64,000 nt of DNA, taken from the NCBI RefSeq assembly GCF_009914755.1, contig NC_060947.1; one strand, given 5' to 3'. Made by a program: the position numbers and the translations under genes. Below, one piece after another: positions 44,901-59,094 of this stretch (its first letter is position 1; each line of letters opens with the position of its first letter). Origin of the DNA: the human T2T-CHM13v2.0 reference genome, Homo sapiens. The notes beneath the pieces were generated by a model. That model searched no databases. It worked only from the letters and a program-made list of their open reading frames with translations, and was not told the DNA's origin.

Positions 44901-44990
44901 GTGCACCAAAATCTCAGAAATCATCACTAAATAATTTATCCATGTAACCAAAAACTACCTGTTCCCCAAAAACCTATTGACATTTTTTTA
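41921..44990 (+). mobile_element. Second L1PB: shortened 5'UTR, ORF1 with internal inversion, ORF2 with large deletion, 3'UTR
   Basis: Second 5' start atggtggataggaggcagga; ORF1 MRRNQKNSSG at 42389; inverted piece about 42508-42637; jump near 43460; L1PB 3' end gggtgcaccaaaatctcagaaatcatcactaaa. Confidence 0.85.
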
Positions 44991-46961
44991 ATGGCAAATC
45001 AGGTAGAAAAAGATTTGTCAGCAAGACATCTGGGCCCCACAGCTGGCAGTGGGGGCCAATTCAGTCAGGCCTGGTGATTACCAGGGCTGGTGAGACTTGG
45101 GGTGGTGCATGGCAAACACATATGATCTCCTAGGGCTTCAGTTTTATGGGAATTCAAGGGGACACCTTGGACTCCATCATGGTCTAACTTTGCTCATGTG
45201 GATGCCCATGACCTCCTCGACTTTGGTCTATGTTTCTATCATTTGATTATCTTGGCTCCTGGAGAGCTACCTCTCTACTCTCACTGAAACACCTCTAGGT
45301 TGTATACTAAATAAAATTGGAATATTTTTAAGCTGTATAAATTAAAAGATTTTAAAATGGCCAAAGCTAAAACTCTTGATCACATCCTCACCAATTTAAG
45401 GCTTAGGGTTTTCTTTTCCATCACTGAGTCTCTCCCTTTCCTCTCATTCTTCCACTTATAAATCTCCAGAACATTTCCCCTCAACCATTGTGACTTTGCT
45501 CCCTCTGTCTGATTTCTCAGTTCATGCTGATGGGTGATGGTGGACGTGGGAAGTGGACTTCAAAGTCCACACTGAGTAGACCTAGGTCACTCTGGTCCTC
45601 CTGGACAGGAGGATTGTGCAGGTTGCAGGGCTTAAGCACAAGCCTCAAAATGTCTAAAGATCTTCATTTTATCTTACTAGTAACAAATATCCTGTTATGT
45701 TTGCACTTCGTTGTATTTCATCATTTTTGAATTGTTTTCATGAAAATTTATTTTGCTTTTTGGTCCATCTGTACTCAAAGACTTTCATGTCTTTTCTTTT
45801 TATCTCTGACCTGTAAGGCTAATAGGATGTATCCTAAAGGCCCTTTCTTCTGTGTGTGTCAAGGCTCCTCCACCTTTGGCCAGGGTGAATGGAGTTTTGT
45901 CTTTACACAGCAGAAAACTTAAATTGCTGGGTAAGACACATTTTCTGCCAAATTCCCTTTATGGAACCTAGGAAGCCTAAGAGGTATGACCATTTACACC
46001 TGCTAAGCCATTATTTTAAGAGCAAAATTAAAGCATTAAGGGAACATATATAATGTTTGCCATTAATAAAGTGAAAAATGTATAAATAAGTGCTCCATGA
46101 TTAGGCTTATTCAACACAGCATGGCCCCAAACAATACTGTTTTATAATTACACCTTTTTATAAAAAGAAAGGAGGATGATAAGAAATTTTCCAAGGGCCA
46201 AGGGGACCCTGGCATTATTCTTCCACCTAACTAAACTTGTCTATACTAAGAAAAACTTCTTAAACACCAATACCAAATATATTTCCATGTTTTTCAAAAG
46301 AGTTTGAGGAAACCCAGAGTAATTAATGACTCTATATTAGGAAACATGCTTCCCATGAACAGCTTCCTTTCCTTATAATTTAGTTCAAGTTTACTCCTCA
46401 AACCTCTTGAGCTTCTACTCCTTCTACTAGTCCTTCCTTACCAGAAACACAGTCTTCTGCATCCCTTCCTTATCAACGTACTTACCAGACACTCCCTGAA
46501 GGACCCAGTCCCATTGGAACAACTCATAACAGGGTATCCTATTGCCAACCTAAAATGAAAAAACAGACTACTCACTCTCTTTCTCTCAGGAAGGTAACAA
46601 ATAGAGAAATGTACCAAATCCTCGTAGAGACCTACTCCATTAATCAGTCTGCCCCAGATATTAGAAAAACTAACAAAAACTAGCCATGGGTCTCCAAATC
46701 CCCAATAAATAAGTGACTAAATATAGCTTTTAGGTTCTGCAAATACCAAGGCAGAGTGAAAAAGGCACATAGAAATCAAAGAAGAAAAGAGAGACAAAAG
46801 ACAGGACCAATTGTTGGCCCTCGCTATGGGAAAACTTCCATCTCCAGATCATTCTGGATGGAACCCAAAAGGCTATTGTGGCATTTACAAAAAGTCTGGA
46901 CACTGGAGCCAAATCAGTAACAAGGGCCAAGGGCCTTCAGGCTTACAGACCCCCTGGAGCC

Positions 46962-47290
46962 TATCATCAATGTGGTAAAGAAGGACACTGGAAGAAGAAA
47001 TGTCCCCAACTCTGAAGGGAGGAGGGGACTCCTAATTCCTTATTGACCCTGGCCAAAGACTAAAAAGATCCAAAGCTAACAATGACTCTCCCATGTAGCA
47101 ATCAGTCTCAATCATAGCAATGGAGTCTTGGGTGACTCTGGATGTGACAGGTAGAAATACTAATTTCCTTTTAAACATAGGGGCCAGGCTGTCAACCCTC
47201 ACTTTCTGCCCTGGAGCTCTGTCTGCCAAATACCATACTGTCATTGGTGTTAATAGCAAACACCAAACTAGGATTTTCACTCTACCCTGC
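46962..47290 (+). pseudogene. ERV gag zinc knuckle and protease remnants
   Basis: YHQCGKEGHWKKKCP (CX2CX4HX4C with first Cys lost) and VTLDVTGRNTNFLLNIGARLSTL (degenerate FLLDTGA). Confidence 0.85.
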
Positions 47291-48329
47291 AGCTGGCCAA
47301 CTTCAATTGCAGTAAAACTTAGGGATATGGGGCCTTGGGTGCACTTATCACAAATAAAAATTATTTCTTTTAAGTCATCACAAAAACACACAATGCAGAC
47401 TCCAAGTTATTCTTGTGAAGCACTGGAGGGTCTAAAGCTCCTGTCCAATAAATAATCAAAACCCAAAACATCAAACAATGAATATTTTCTCAGCACAAGT
47501 TTCTATTCAAGAAAACAGCTCAAAATGAGATCACCTTAAAAGATAAGTATTATTTTATTTTTATCTTATTTACTCACTTTACACACTCAGTAAAATGACT
47601 TTATCTGCTAAAGAAATAATAAATCATACTCCCAGCTTATTAAAATTAACTTAGCCTTGCTGGCTTTGCATGACTACAAAAAGCAGAAAATATGCCATAT
47701 TTGTGCCTCAAGAAGACTGGGCCAACATCCCTATACACCTCCTGGAACAAACCCGTTGGCCTATAAAATGGGAATATCTGGCTAAACAAGCAATACAAAG
47801 ACTTCCTTGAACCTGACTATGGCCAGTTCAAACTTCCCTTTTAATTATATTAATAATAGTTCCTCCTGACAAAGGGAAAAATGTTTTCTTACCTTATCTT
47901 TTACCCAAAGCAATTTCCCTTCTGCCTTTACAATAATTGTACCAGTTTTACTATTCTCATAGAAGAACTCCAAGAGAGTCAATATAACCAAGCTTTTATT
48001 ACTGGGTCATCTACACATTTTTTGATGGGACTCTAAAAAAATAAGCTTATTTTAAAAACTTATTAACACCACCCAACTCTACCATTCTCTAATAATCACA
48101 GTGACCACTGAACTTTCATTACTTTTACCACCTTCATGCAAAATACTTCCGCAGCACAAATGTAACCATCACAAGAAATTTAGCGGGTGTGAGGCATTTT
48201 GAATCTTTGGCATATCTACAACTCCCTCCTCTATGGAAGGGATGATGCTCCATTGCTTTCATTTCTCCTTATTTAACTTTCAACTGGGTAATGCATCTCT
48301 CGCTTTCCCCATGTACCAACATCACAAGA

Positions 48330-48810
48330 TCCACCTACACATAAGACCCCTTATTCCTTTAGGTTTGATGCTATCCTCTCTGTTGGGATTAGCAGGGTCA
48401 GCCACAGAAGGTGGAGCCTTGGGAATCCAGCATAAACTCTCAGGAGACCACAGTGACCCTCCAAAAACAGCTGAGGGCCTCACTAGACTTCAGCAACAGC
48501 TGGACTCCCTGGCTGCTGTAGGCCTACAAAACTGAAGAGCTGTAGATGTTGTCACAGCTGGACAAGGAGGAACATGTTTGTATCTAAAAGAAGAATGCTG
48601 TTTTTACATTAATTAGTCTACTTTGTTCCAAGAAAAAATTAAAAATATTAATACCCAGGCAAACAAAACTGAGTCTTTGGGAACTATAACAGGAACTTGG
48701 AAACAACGGATATTATCAGCCTTGCTTCCTTTAATAGTGCCAATTATTACCATACTTTTAGCCGTAACTTTCAGTCCAACTTTGTTTAAAGTGCTAACCA
48801 GTTTCTAGCT
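48330..48810 (+). pseudogene. ERV env transmembrane subunit remnant
   Basis: [41 protein letters not shown]: immunosuppressive domain and CX6CC motif with stops, then hydrophobic LLPLIVPIITILLAVTF. Confidence 0.9.
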
Positions 48811-49072
48811 CTCTCTCCTACAGCAATCCCAGGCCCACATGATGGTTTTGCAAGGCCTCCAACATTTGGCTGCTAATAAGCTGTCCCACATCTCACCCAC
48901 CAGTCCTACAAAAAAACATGACTTAAAACTCGTTAGACGAGACAGAAAGAGACTTTAGGGCCCAGGCTAAGCAGGGACAACTACCCACTCAGCAGGAAGC
49001 AGCTCTGGACGAAGTAACCAAGCCCCTCAACCTCCCATATGACTGTGAGCCATAAATCACTTAAGGGAAAAT

Positions 49073-49666
49073 TGAGAGAGGCTAGGTAGTCAAGGTGGTA
49101 ACCATGTCCTCAGGATGTGGCAGCCATAGTGACCACACCATCAACAAAATGAACCCCTGCATTTGCATTGTAGTCAAGCTCATTCAAGAAAAGCTAACTC
49201 CAGAAGGGAAGTTCCCCTGTAGAAAGCAGGCACATTTTGATTTTACCTGTCCTCAGACTGATGATTTGCTCTAATAGTAAAAAACACACTGCTGGGTGGA
49301 GATTTAAGATGCTAATGAGACATGTGATGTATGGACAAGCATGTACAGCTACCGTGCATGTGCAGCCAAAGGACCACCCATAATATGCTTACTAGCAACA
49401 TTCTTTCCCACACCCTTATGAATAATCATGTAAGACTTCCATAAAGGGAGTCTCCCTAATGCCAGTCTTTGCCATCTCATCCTCACGGGCAGCTCACTCT
49501 GAATTGTCCCTCAGGGTGTACTGTCTATTCTGCACCTAACTTTCAGAGTATTCTTTCTCCTTTGAAATGCATTGCTCTATACTGCATCTCCTTTGCTGTG
49601 TGTCTCTTGTTTAAATTCTTTTAATCTCAAAATACAAGAACCAAGGCTTCACAACAACCATCAGCA
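49073..49666 (+). mobile_element. 3' LTR of the ERV1 provirus
   Basis: TG...CA, 594 nt; flanks gtat (35701-35704) and ttat (49667-49670) fit a decayed 4-bp TSD. Confidence 0.92.
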
Positions 49667-49740
49667 TTATAATTATTTTTATATTATACTACAGTTAACT
49701 TTCTAAGATCTCAAATATTTTAAAAAGTAGGTAAGATTTT

Positions 49741-49818
49741 TTAATTTTTCATTCTTAGTTTGTATTGGTACATCATAGCTGCATATACTTATGGGGTACA
49801 TGAGATGTTTTGATACAG
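49741..49818 (-). mobile_element. ~80-bp L1MA 3' tip
   Basis: gtacatcatagctgcatatacttatggggtacatgagatgttttgatac; flanking duplication agg(t/c)aagattttt. Confidence 0.75.
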
Positions 49819-50349
49819 GCAAGATTTTTTTAAATAAAGAAACAATATCTTGTAGCATAATGCGTGTAGGCTATACATTTTTAAAAATGATTTAAAAGCT
49901 TTTACATTTGTCACTATTGATCCCCTAGTAGGTAATCATATACAGGGTGCATATTTTCCAAAGATTTTATTTTAAAATTAGCAATACAAAAGAAATTTTG
50001 TCATACCAGTTTTTTTAATGTAGGCATGGTATGCATCAAAGGTTAAGGCAACAGAATCATTCAAAAATAACTTTTTGTTTAGTGGACATACTGTGGCCCA
50101 GAAGCTTTGGCAGAGGCTTAGTAGAAAATAGAAAAGCAGCTAAAAATAGGATTGTAGTTTATTTAAAAATTGTATTTAGAAAAGTCTTAAAGTTCATTAT
50201 TTATTACTGTTTTACAGTGGCATAAAATTGGAGTATATAAAGTATGTTCTTATAATAACTGAAACTTCCAAAACCATATCAGAAAATCTGTTGAGCAGTT
50301 TCTTATAAAGTTAAGCACATATTAACCGTGTGACCCAGCAATCACTCTC

Positions 50350-50795
50350 CTAATTGCACTAGCCAAGACTACCAGTACTATACTAACTATAAGTTGTGGA
50401 AGTGGGCATCCTTGTCTTGTTCCTAATCTTAAAGAAAAAGCCTTCTGCTTTCCATCACTGAGTATATTACCTGTGTGCTTGTCATATATGGCCTTTATTA
50501 TGTTGTGGTACATTAATACATAATTTATTGAGAGATTTTATCACAAAATGATATTGCATTTTGTCAAATTCTTTTGCTGTGTCTATTGATATGATATATA
50601 ATTTTTTATCTTTCATTCTGCTAATGTGACATATGACATTGATTGAATTGCATAAAGCAAATCATTCTTACATCCCAGGGATAAATCTCACTTGTACATG
50701 GTGTATGATCCTTTTTATGTGTTGCTGAATATTGTTTGCTCATATTTTGTTTAGGATTGTTTGTTCATCAATATTAATTGGGGATATTGGTCCCA
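50350..50795 (-). mobile_element. Old L1M ORF2 fragment
   Basis: Antisense [25 protein letters not shown]. Confidence 0.8.
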
Positions 50796-52136
50796 GTTTT
50801 CCGTTAGGCTCCTTGGAACATGGTGAAAGACTGGAAACATTTTCTCTAAAATCAGAAATAAGAACAAGTTACCTACTTTTGTCATTTTTATTTAATATAG
50901 TACTAAACGTCCTAGCCACCATTATATAATAAGATAAAGAAATAAAAGCCATCCAAGTTGAAAATTACAAAGTGAAATTTGTTTTCAGGAGATACGATAT
51001 TCTATATAGAAAACCATCAATTTTCCACAAAAAAGCTGTTATAACTAATAAATTAAGCAAATTTGCATGATACAAAATCAACACAGAAATATCAGTTTCA
51101 TTTCTATACACTAACAATAAACATTTAAAAAATGATAAAACAATTCCAAAAACAACAGCATTAAAATAATAAAATATTTAGGAATAAACTTAATCAAGGA
51201 GGTAAAAGATGTGTATACTAAAAACTACAAAAATTTGTTACAAAAATTTAATAAAGACATGAGTAAATAAAATAATGTCCCATGTTCATTCAGTGGAAGA
51301 TTCAATATTTTTAAGATGTTAATACCTATTTTATTCTAACATAGTGGGTTACGGGCTTTTAATGTGCTTCAGTCACTTAGAAATAGAGAAACAGTGTGTA
51401 AAGATAAACTCTGTGAGTTTTAATTCAAGAAGAAAAATGGGAATTCACCAGAATAGCAAAGAATACCCCAGAACCTGGAGAGAAGACTGGGAAGCAGCCC
51501 CTTTGATGGTGATTGACTGATATAAACCAGCTCAAGGCCTGAGGCAACAGAGAACTTCCCACAGCAAACCAGATCAAATACACACCCATCCACATTGGCT
51601 GCAATCAGCTCTTACCCATAAGCACAAACTAGTTGCCTTGAGGCTAAATGGTACAATAAAACAAGAAATCTGCTGACTGAAGTGCACAGCACTGGGGAAT
51701 AATGTCAGATACCCTGAGAGCTCTGACATCCAAGCTACATAGGAGGCAGTGGGCCTGCTGACATGCCCAGAACACCACTACTACAGCAAATATTTGAGAA
51801 AGCCACTATATATAGGCTACCTATAACCAAGGAACTTATATAGACTCTTTGCCACTTAAAACATTCATAGCCAAAGTCAAAGGACTCTACACAACATCAT
51901 ATACTTTAGACACCTCCTCAAGAGTAAAAATATTTCCACCTAAACAAAAGAAAAATCAAAATATAAGTAGAAGAAATAGCCTATCAAAATGGGAAAGAAC
52001 CAGAGAAACAATTCTGAAAGTATAAGAGTGTTACTATACTGTCAAGGGAGAAGACTAACTCTTTACCAACAAATTCTAACCAAAATGAAATCTTTGAAAT
52101 ACTAGGTATTCTATGTATTGATTTTAAAGAAGCTTG

Positions 52137-52570
<434 letters not shown>

Positions 52571-52926
52571 TTACAAAATACAGTTAAAATCTTTAACAAT
52601 AGGCTAAACCAAATAGAAAAAAGTATTACAGAGCTGAAACACAGGTCATTTGAATTAGCTCGGTCAGAAGAAATAAAGAACAATGAATTTAAAAAGATGA
52701 ACAAAGCCTTTGAGAAATATGGAATTATGTAAAACTTCCAAATCTACAATCTAAAAATCTACAAGTTGTAAGTATTCTAGAGAGAAAGAAAGGAAAAAAA
52801 AGTATGGAAAACTTATTTCAGAAAATAATTCAAGAAAACTTTGAGATTTAGACATCCAGACAAGAAGTCAGAGAAATCCTGGAAGATACATTGCAAGAAG
52901 AACTTCACCAAAAAATATAGTCATCC

Positions 52927-53016
52927 AATTGCTTGAAACCGGAAGGCAGAGGTTGCAATGAGCCAAGATCACACCACTGCACTCCAGCCTGGGCAACAAG
53001 AGTGAAACTCTGATTC

Positions 53017-53047
<31 letters not shown>

Positions 53048-53049
53048 TA
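52927..53049 (+). mobile_element. 5'-truncated Alu right arm with (TA)12 after the tail
   Basis: aattgcttgaaaccggaaggcagaggttgc...cctgggcaacaagagtgaaactc; TSD ending atatagtcatc on both sides. Confidence 0.9.
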
Positions 53050-56000
53050 GTCATCAAGCTATCCAAAGTCAGCTTGAAAAAAAAATCCTAAGAGTGGCAA
53101 GGAGAATTGTGTAATCATCTATAAATGAAATCTCATCAGACTAATAGCAAACTTTTCAGCAGAAATCCTACAATCTAGAAAAGATTTGGGCTATTTTTTG
53201 CCTCCTTAAAGAAAAGGAATGCCAGAATAAAATAATATATCCTGCCAAACTAAGCTTCAAAAATAAGGGAGAAATAGTATTTCCCAGACAATCACTAAGG
53301 GAATTTATTACCACTAGACTGTTCCTCCAAGAAAAGCTCAAAAGAGTTCTAAACATGGAGATGAACCAACAACAATCATCATTGTAAAAGGACACATAAG
53401 TACAAAGTTTGTATATCCTATGAAACAATTACACAATTGAAACCCCAAGGCAACTAGGTAATGACAATATGACAAGATCAAAATCTCACATATTAATATT
53501 ATTCACCTTGAATATGAATGGCCTAAATACTCCACTTAAAAGATACTGATAGACTAACTTCATTGAAAAAAAAACACACAACAATCTGTTGCCTAAAAGA
53601 GACACACCTACTGGCTAAATACAACTACAGACTTAAATTAAATGGGTGAATAAAAATACGTCATGCAAATGGAAAGCAAAAGTGAACAGGAGCAGCTATC
53701 CCCATATCAGATAAAACAGACCTTAAACCAACAGCAGTTAAAAAAAAAAGAAGGGCCTTATATAATGATAAAAGCTTCAGTACATCAAGAAGATTTAACC
53801 ATCCTAAATATATATACACCCAACACTGGAGCACCCAGATTCATAAAACAAATACTACTTGACCTAAAAAAACATGGATAGCAATAGAGTAATAATGAGG
53901 GACTTAAACACCCCCACTAAAACCACTAGACAGATCACTAAAGTGGTAAAGCAACAAAGAAACTCAAACTTACACTGAACTATAGACCAAATGAACATAT
54001 TAGACATTTACAGAGCATTCCATCCAATGACAGTAGAATATATTCTCTTTTCACCTCCACATAGAATATTCTCCAAAATTGACCATATGCTTGGACATAA
54101 AGGAAGATTTATTAAATATTTTGAAATCAAAATCATATTAAGTATCTTTTTGGACCACAGTGAAAAAAAATTTAAAAGCAACACCAAGAGGAACTCTAAA
54201 AACTACACAGTTACACGGAAGCTAAACAACTTGTTTCTGAATGACTTTTGAGTAAACAACAAAATTAAGGCACAAATAAAGAGAAATAAAAATGGTGAAA
54301 ACAGAGATACGACATATCAAAAACTATGTGATACAGCAAAAACAGTATTAAGAGAAAAATTTATACGATTAAATGTCCACATTACAACAATCCCAAATTA
54401 AAAGCCAAACATCAAAGTTCAAGGAACCGGAAAAACAAGAACAATGCAAACCCAAAACTAACAGAAGAAAAGAAATCACAAAGGTCAGAGCAGAACTAAG
54501 TAAGATGGAGACAAAAAAAAATGATACAAGAAAGTAACAAAAGAAAAAGTTGTGGTTTCTTTTTAAGGATAAGCAAAATTGACAGACAGCTAACTAGATT
54601 AACCAAGATACAGTGAGGCAAGATTCAAACAAGTACAATCAGAAATGAGAAAGAGGACATTACAACTGATGCCACACAAATACAAAAGATTATCAGGGAC
54701 TACTATGAATGCCACTATGTGCTAAAACTAGAAAACCTGTAAAAAATTGATAATTTCCTGGAAACATACCAATTCCCAAGACTGAACCAGGAAGAAATAA
54801 AAATCGTAAACCTGCCAATAACGAGTAAAGAAACAATCAGTAATAAAATTTTTTTCAAGAAAACAAAAAAGCCCGGTATTAGACAGATTCACAGCCAAAT
54901 TTTTCCAGACATAAAAAGACGAGCTGGTAACAATCTTATTGAAACTATTCCGGGAAATTGAGAAGTGATTTCTTTCTAACTCATTCTATGAAACCAGTAT
55001 TACCAGTATCAATCATTCTGATACCAAAATCAGGCAAGGACAAAACAAAAAAGAAAACTACAAGCCAATAGCTCTGAAAACATAGAATCAAAAGTCCTCA
55101 ACAAAGTACTAGCAAACAGATTCCAACAGCACATCAAAAAAGTTAATTCATCACAATCAAGTGGGTTTTATTACAGGGATGTAAGGATGATTCAACATCT
55201 GCAAATCAATAAATGTGATTCACCATCTCAACAGATGCAGAACAAGCACTTGAGAAAATGTGTCCCTTCATCATAAAAACGCTGAACACACTAGACATCA
55301 AAAGAACATACCTCAAAATAATAAGAGCCATCTCTAACTAAACCACAGCCAACATTATACCGAATACAGAAAAGTTAAAAGGATTCCAACTAAGAAGTTC
55401 AAGAAGACAAGGATGTCCAATCTCACCACTCATACTCGACATAATACATGGAAGTCCTAACCACAGTAATTGGGCAAGAGAAATAAATAAAAAGTCTTCA
55501 AATTGGGAAAGAGTAGATCAAACTGTCTCTTTGCTGATGATGATTATATTCCTAGAAAACCCTAAATATTCCCCCAAAAGACTCCTAGACTTGATAAGAA
55601 AATTCACTAATGTTTCAAAATACAAAATCAATGTGCAAAACAGTAGCATTTCTGTACACCAGTAAAGTCCATGCTGAAAACCAAATCAATAACTCAATTC
55701 CATTTATAATAAGCAAAAATAAAAAAAAATACCTAGGAATACATTTAACAAGGACGTAAAAGATATCTACAAAGAGAACTTCAAAACACTGATGAAATAA
55801 ATCATAGATGATTCAAACATAGAAAATATCCCATGCTCACGGATTGGAAGAATCAATATTGTTAAAATGAGCATACTGTCCAAAGCAACCTGCAGATTCA
55901 AGGCAATCCCTATCAAATTACCAATATCATTTTTAACAGAATTAGAAAAATACAATCCTAAAATTCATATGGAACGGCACCAAAAAAAAGTAGTCAAGGC

Positions 56001-58102
56001 AATTCTGGGTGAAAAGAACAAATCCGAAGGTATCACACTGCATGACTTCAAGTTAAACTACAAGGCTACAGTAATTAAAACAGCATGGTACTGGAGCATA
56101 AATAGACACATAGATAAAGAGGACAAAACAGAGAACCCAGAAATAAAGCCACATACTACAACCAACTGATCTTCAACAAAGTTGCCAAAAATACAAAATG
56201 GAGAAAGGACACCTTATTCAATCAATGGTGCTGGGAAAATTGACTAGCTATGTGCAGAAGAATGAAACTGGACCCCAATCTCTCACCATATACAAAAATC
56301 AGCTCAAGATGGATTAAAGACTTAAACGAAAAACATGGAACTACAAAAATCCTGGAAGAAAATATAGAGAAAACTTTCCTGGACATTGGCCAAGTCAAAC
56401 CACTTATGATGAAGAACTCAAAAGCAAATGTAACCAAAACAAAGATAGACAAATGTGACTTAATTAAACCAAAATGCTGTTACACAGCAAAATAAACAAT
56501 CAACAGAGTAAACAGACAACCTACAGAATGGGAGAAAATATTTGCAAATTATTTATGTGACAAAGGACTAATATCCAGAATCTACAAGAAAATCAATAAC
56601 AAGAAAAAACAAACAAACAAACATCTCCACTAAAAGTTGGGCAAAGAACATGAACAGACATTTCTTAAAGGAAAAAATGCAAGTGACCAACAAATACTTG
56701 TATTTTAACACATTAATAATGTTGAGCATTTTCTCAACATTATTAATCATCAGAGAAATGCAAATTAAAACCACAATGTGATATCATCTCACACTGGTCA
56801 GAATTGCTATTATTAAAAAGTAAAACAAGGAAAAGAAAACATCAGATGTTGGCATATTTGTGGAGAAAGTGGAATGCTTATACGTTTTTGTTGGGAATGT
56901 AAATTTATTTAACCTCCATGTAAAACGGTATGGAGATTTCTCAAAGAACTAAAAATAGAACTATTATTTAACCCAGCAATCCCATTACTGGGTGTATACC
57001 CAAAGGAAAACAAATCATTATATAAAACAGGCACCTGTACTCATATGTTCATTGCAGCACTATTCATAGTAACAAAGTCATGAAACCAACTTAACTGTCC
57101 ATCAGTGGTTGTCTGGATAAAGAAAATACACCATGGTCTACTATACAACCATAAAAATAATAAATGTATTCCCTTTGCAGCAATGTGGATGGAGCTGGGG
57201 ACGATTATCCTAAGTGAACTAACTCAGAAAAAGACAATCAAATATTGCATGTTCTCACTTAAAAGTGATAGCTAAGCAATGGGTCCATATGATTATAAAG
57301 ATGGAAATAATAGACACTGGTAACTCCAAAAGGGGAGAAGATGGGAATGAAGAGACTGTTGAAAAATCAGGCACAATGTTTGCTATTTAGATATTTATTG
57401 GGTACACTAGAAGTCCAGTCTTCACCATTATGAAAAAGCAAGCACATGTACCTCCGTTAATCTAAAATAAAATAAAAATAAAAATATGTCAATATTTCCC
57501 AAAACAATGTACAGATTCAATGTGATTCCTATAAGATCCTATTAAATTTTTTTGCAAAAATAGTAAAATCTATCCTAAAATTTGTATGGTATTTCAAAGG
57601 ACTCAAAATTACCAAAATGGTCTTGAGTAAAGAGAGCAAAATTGGAGTTCTCACATTTCCTGATTTCAAAACTTACTATATAACTATGGTAATCAAACTG
57701 TGTATTAATGACATAATGACAGACCTACAATCCACTGCAATAGAATTGAGAACCCAGAAATATATACTCACATATATTGTCAAATCATTTTTGACAAAGG
57801 TGCCAAGGCCATTCAAATGAGGGAAGGAAAATCTTTTCAGCAAATGGTGTTAAAAGTACTGAATATCCATTTTAATATTCAGTTAAAAGTACTGAATATC
57901 TGAAAAGAATGAAGTTGGATCCTTAACTTACACCACTTACAAAAAATTAACTCAAATGGTCAAAGACCTAATGTAAAAGCTAAAATTATACGCGTTTTAG
58001 AAAGAAATGTAGAGTAAAAACTTTATCACATTGAATTTTCAATGATTTCTCGGACATGACACCTAAAGCACAAACAACAAAAGTAAACAAACTGGGTTAC
58101 CA

Positions 58103-58428
58103 TAGTTTGGGAAGGGTAGTGGTGGTGGGGAGTGGGGATGGTTAGTAGGTACAAAAATATAGTTAGAACAAATGAGAACTAGTATTTTATAGCACAACAG
58201 AGTAATTACAGTGAATAATAATTTATTATACATTTAAAAATAACCAAAAGTGTATATGAGAACGTTTGCAACATTGCAAAATGATAAATGCTTGAGGTAA
58301 TGGGCACCTCATTTACACTGATGTGTTTATGAAGCATTATATGCCAGTTTCAAAGTATCTCATGTACCCCATGAATATTTACACCTTCTATGTACACGTA
58401 AAATTAAAAAAAGTTTAAAAATAAAAAG
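58103..58428 (+). mobile_element. L1MA (2/3-like) 3'UTR fragment
   Basis: gggaagggtagtgg...atagcacaacag...tatctcatgtaccccatgaatatttacacc...aaaattaaaaaaa. Confidence 0.8.
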
Positions 58429-59094
58429 TTTAATCGGAATACTTCAAAATTTAAAAACTTCTGTGCATCAAAAGAGTAAAAAGGCAACCTATAGAATGTG
58501 AGAAAATATTTGTAAATAATACATTTTTAATGGGTTTTACCCAGAATATATAAAGAACTCCTCCAATTCAACAAGAAAAATGCAAACAACCAAATTTAAA
58601 AATGATCAAATGACTGAGTAGACATTTCTCCAAATAATATATGTACATGTTCAATAATCACATGAGGAGATGCTCAAAATAACTAATCCTTCAGAGAAAT
58701 GCAAATCAAGAGCACAATAAGATATCAACTTACCGTCATGATGGCAATTGCAAGAGCAAATAACATAATAACAACTCATGGTGAAAATGTGTGAAGATGT
58801 GGAAAATTTGTTTGTTTTTTGTTTTTTGTTTGTTTGTTTGTTTTGCACTGTTTGGTGGAATACAAAATGGTGCAGCAAGTATGGGAACCAGTGTGGAAGT
58901 TCCTCAAAAAATTTAAACTACAATTTCCTTATTACTCAGCAATCCACTTCAGAGTATACATATATCCAATAGAATTGAATGCAGAATCTCAAGTAGATGC
59001 TTGCACACCCCTTTTCATTTATTGGGCAATAACTAAGATTGTCCAGAGGTTCACATCATTTGCCCAAGTCGTAAACCCACAGTAGGAGAGATGC

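Larger units (their letters stand above)
38704..49072 (+). mobile_element. ERV1 internal region (38704-39290 and about 44990-49072), defective
   Basis: PBS-like tggtgctgcaaattggag; gag, pro and env remnants; purine tract taagggaaaa before the 3' LTR. Confidence 0.85.

Noticed and set aside
48233-48808. Domesticated syncytin-like env
   Set aside because: Stops within the immunosuppressive domain and after CX6CC, frameshifts, no intact SU.
50350-51324. Twin-priming inversion in the old L1M pair
   Set aside because: The segments overlap by roughly 100 consensus bases and no TSD is visible; two separate fragments explain it equally well.
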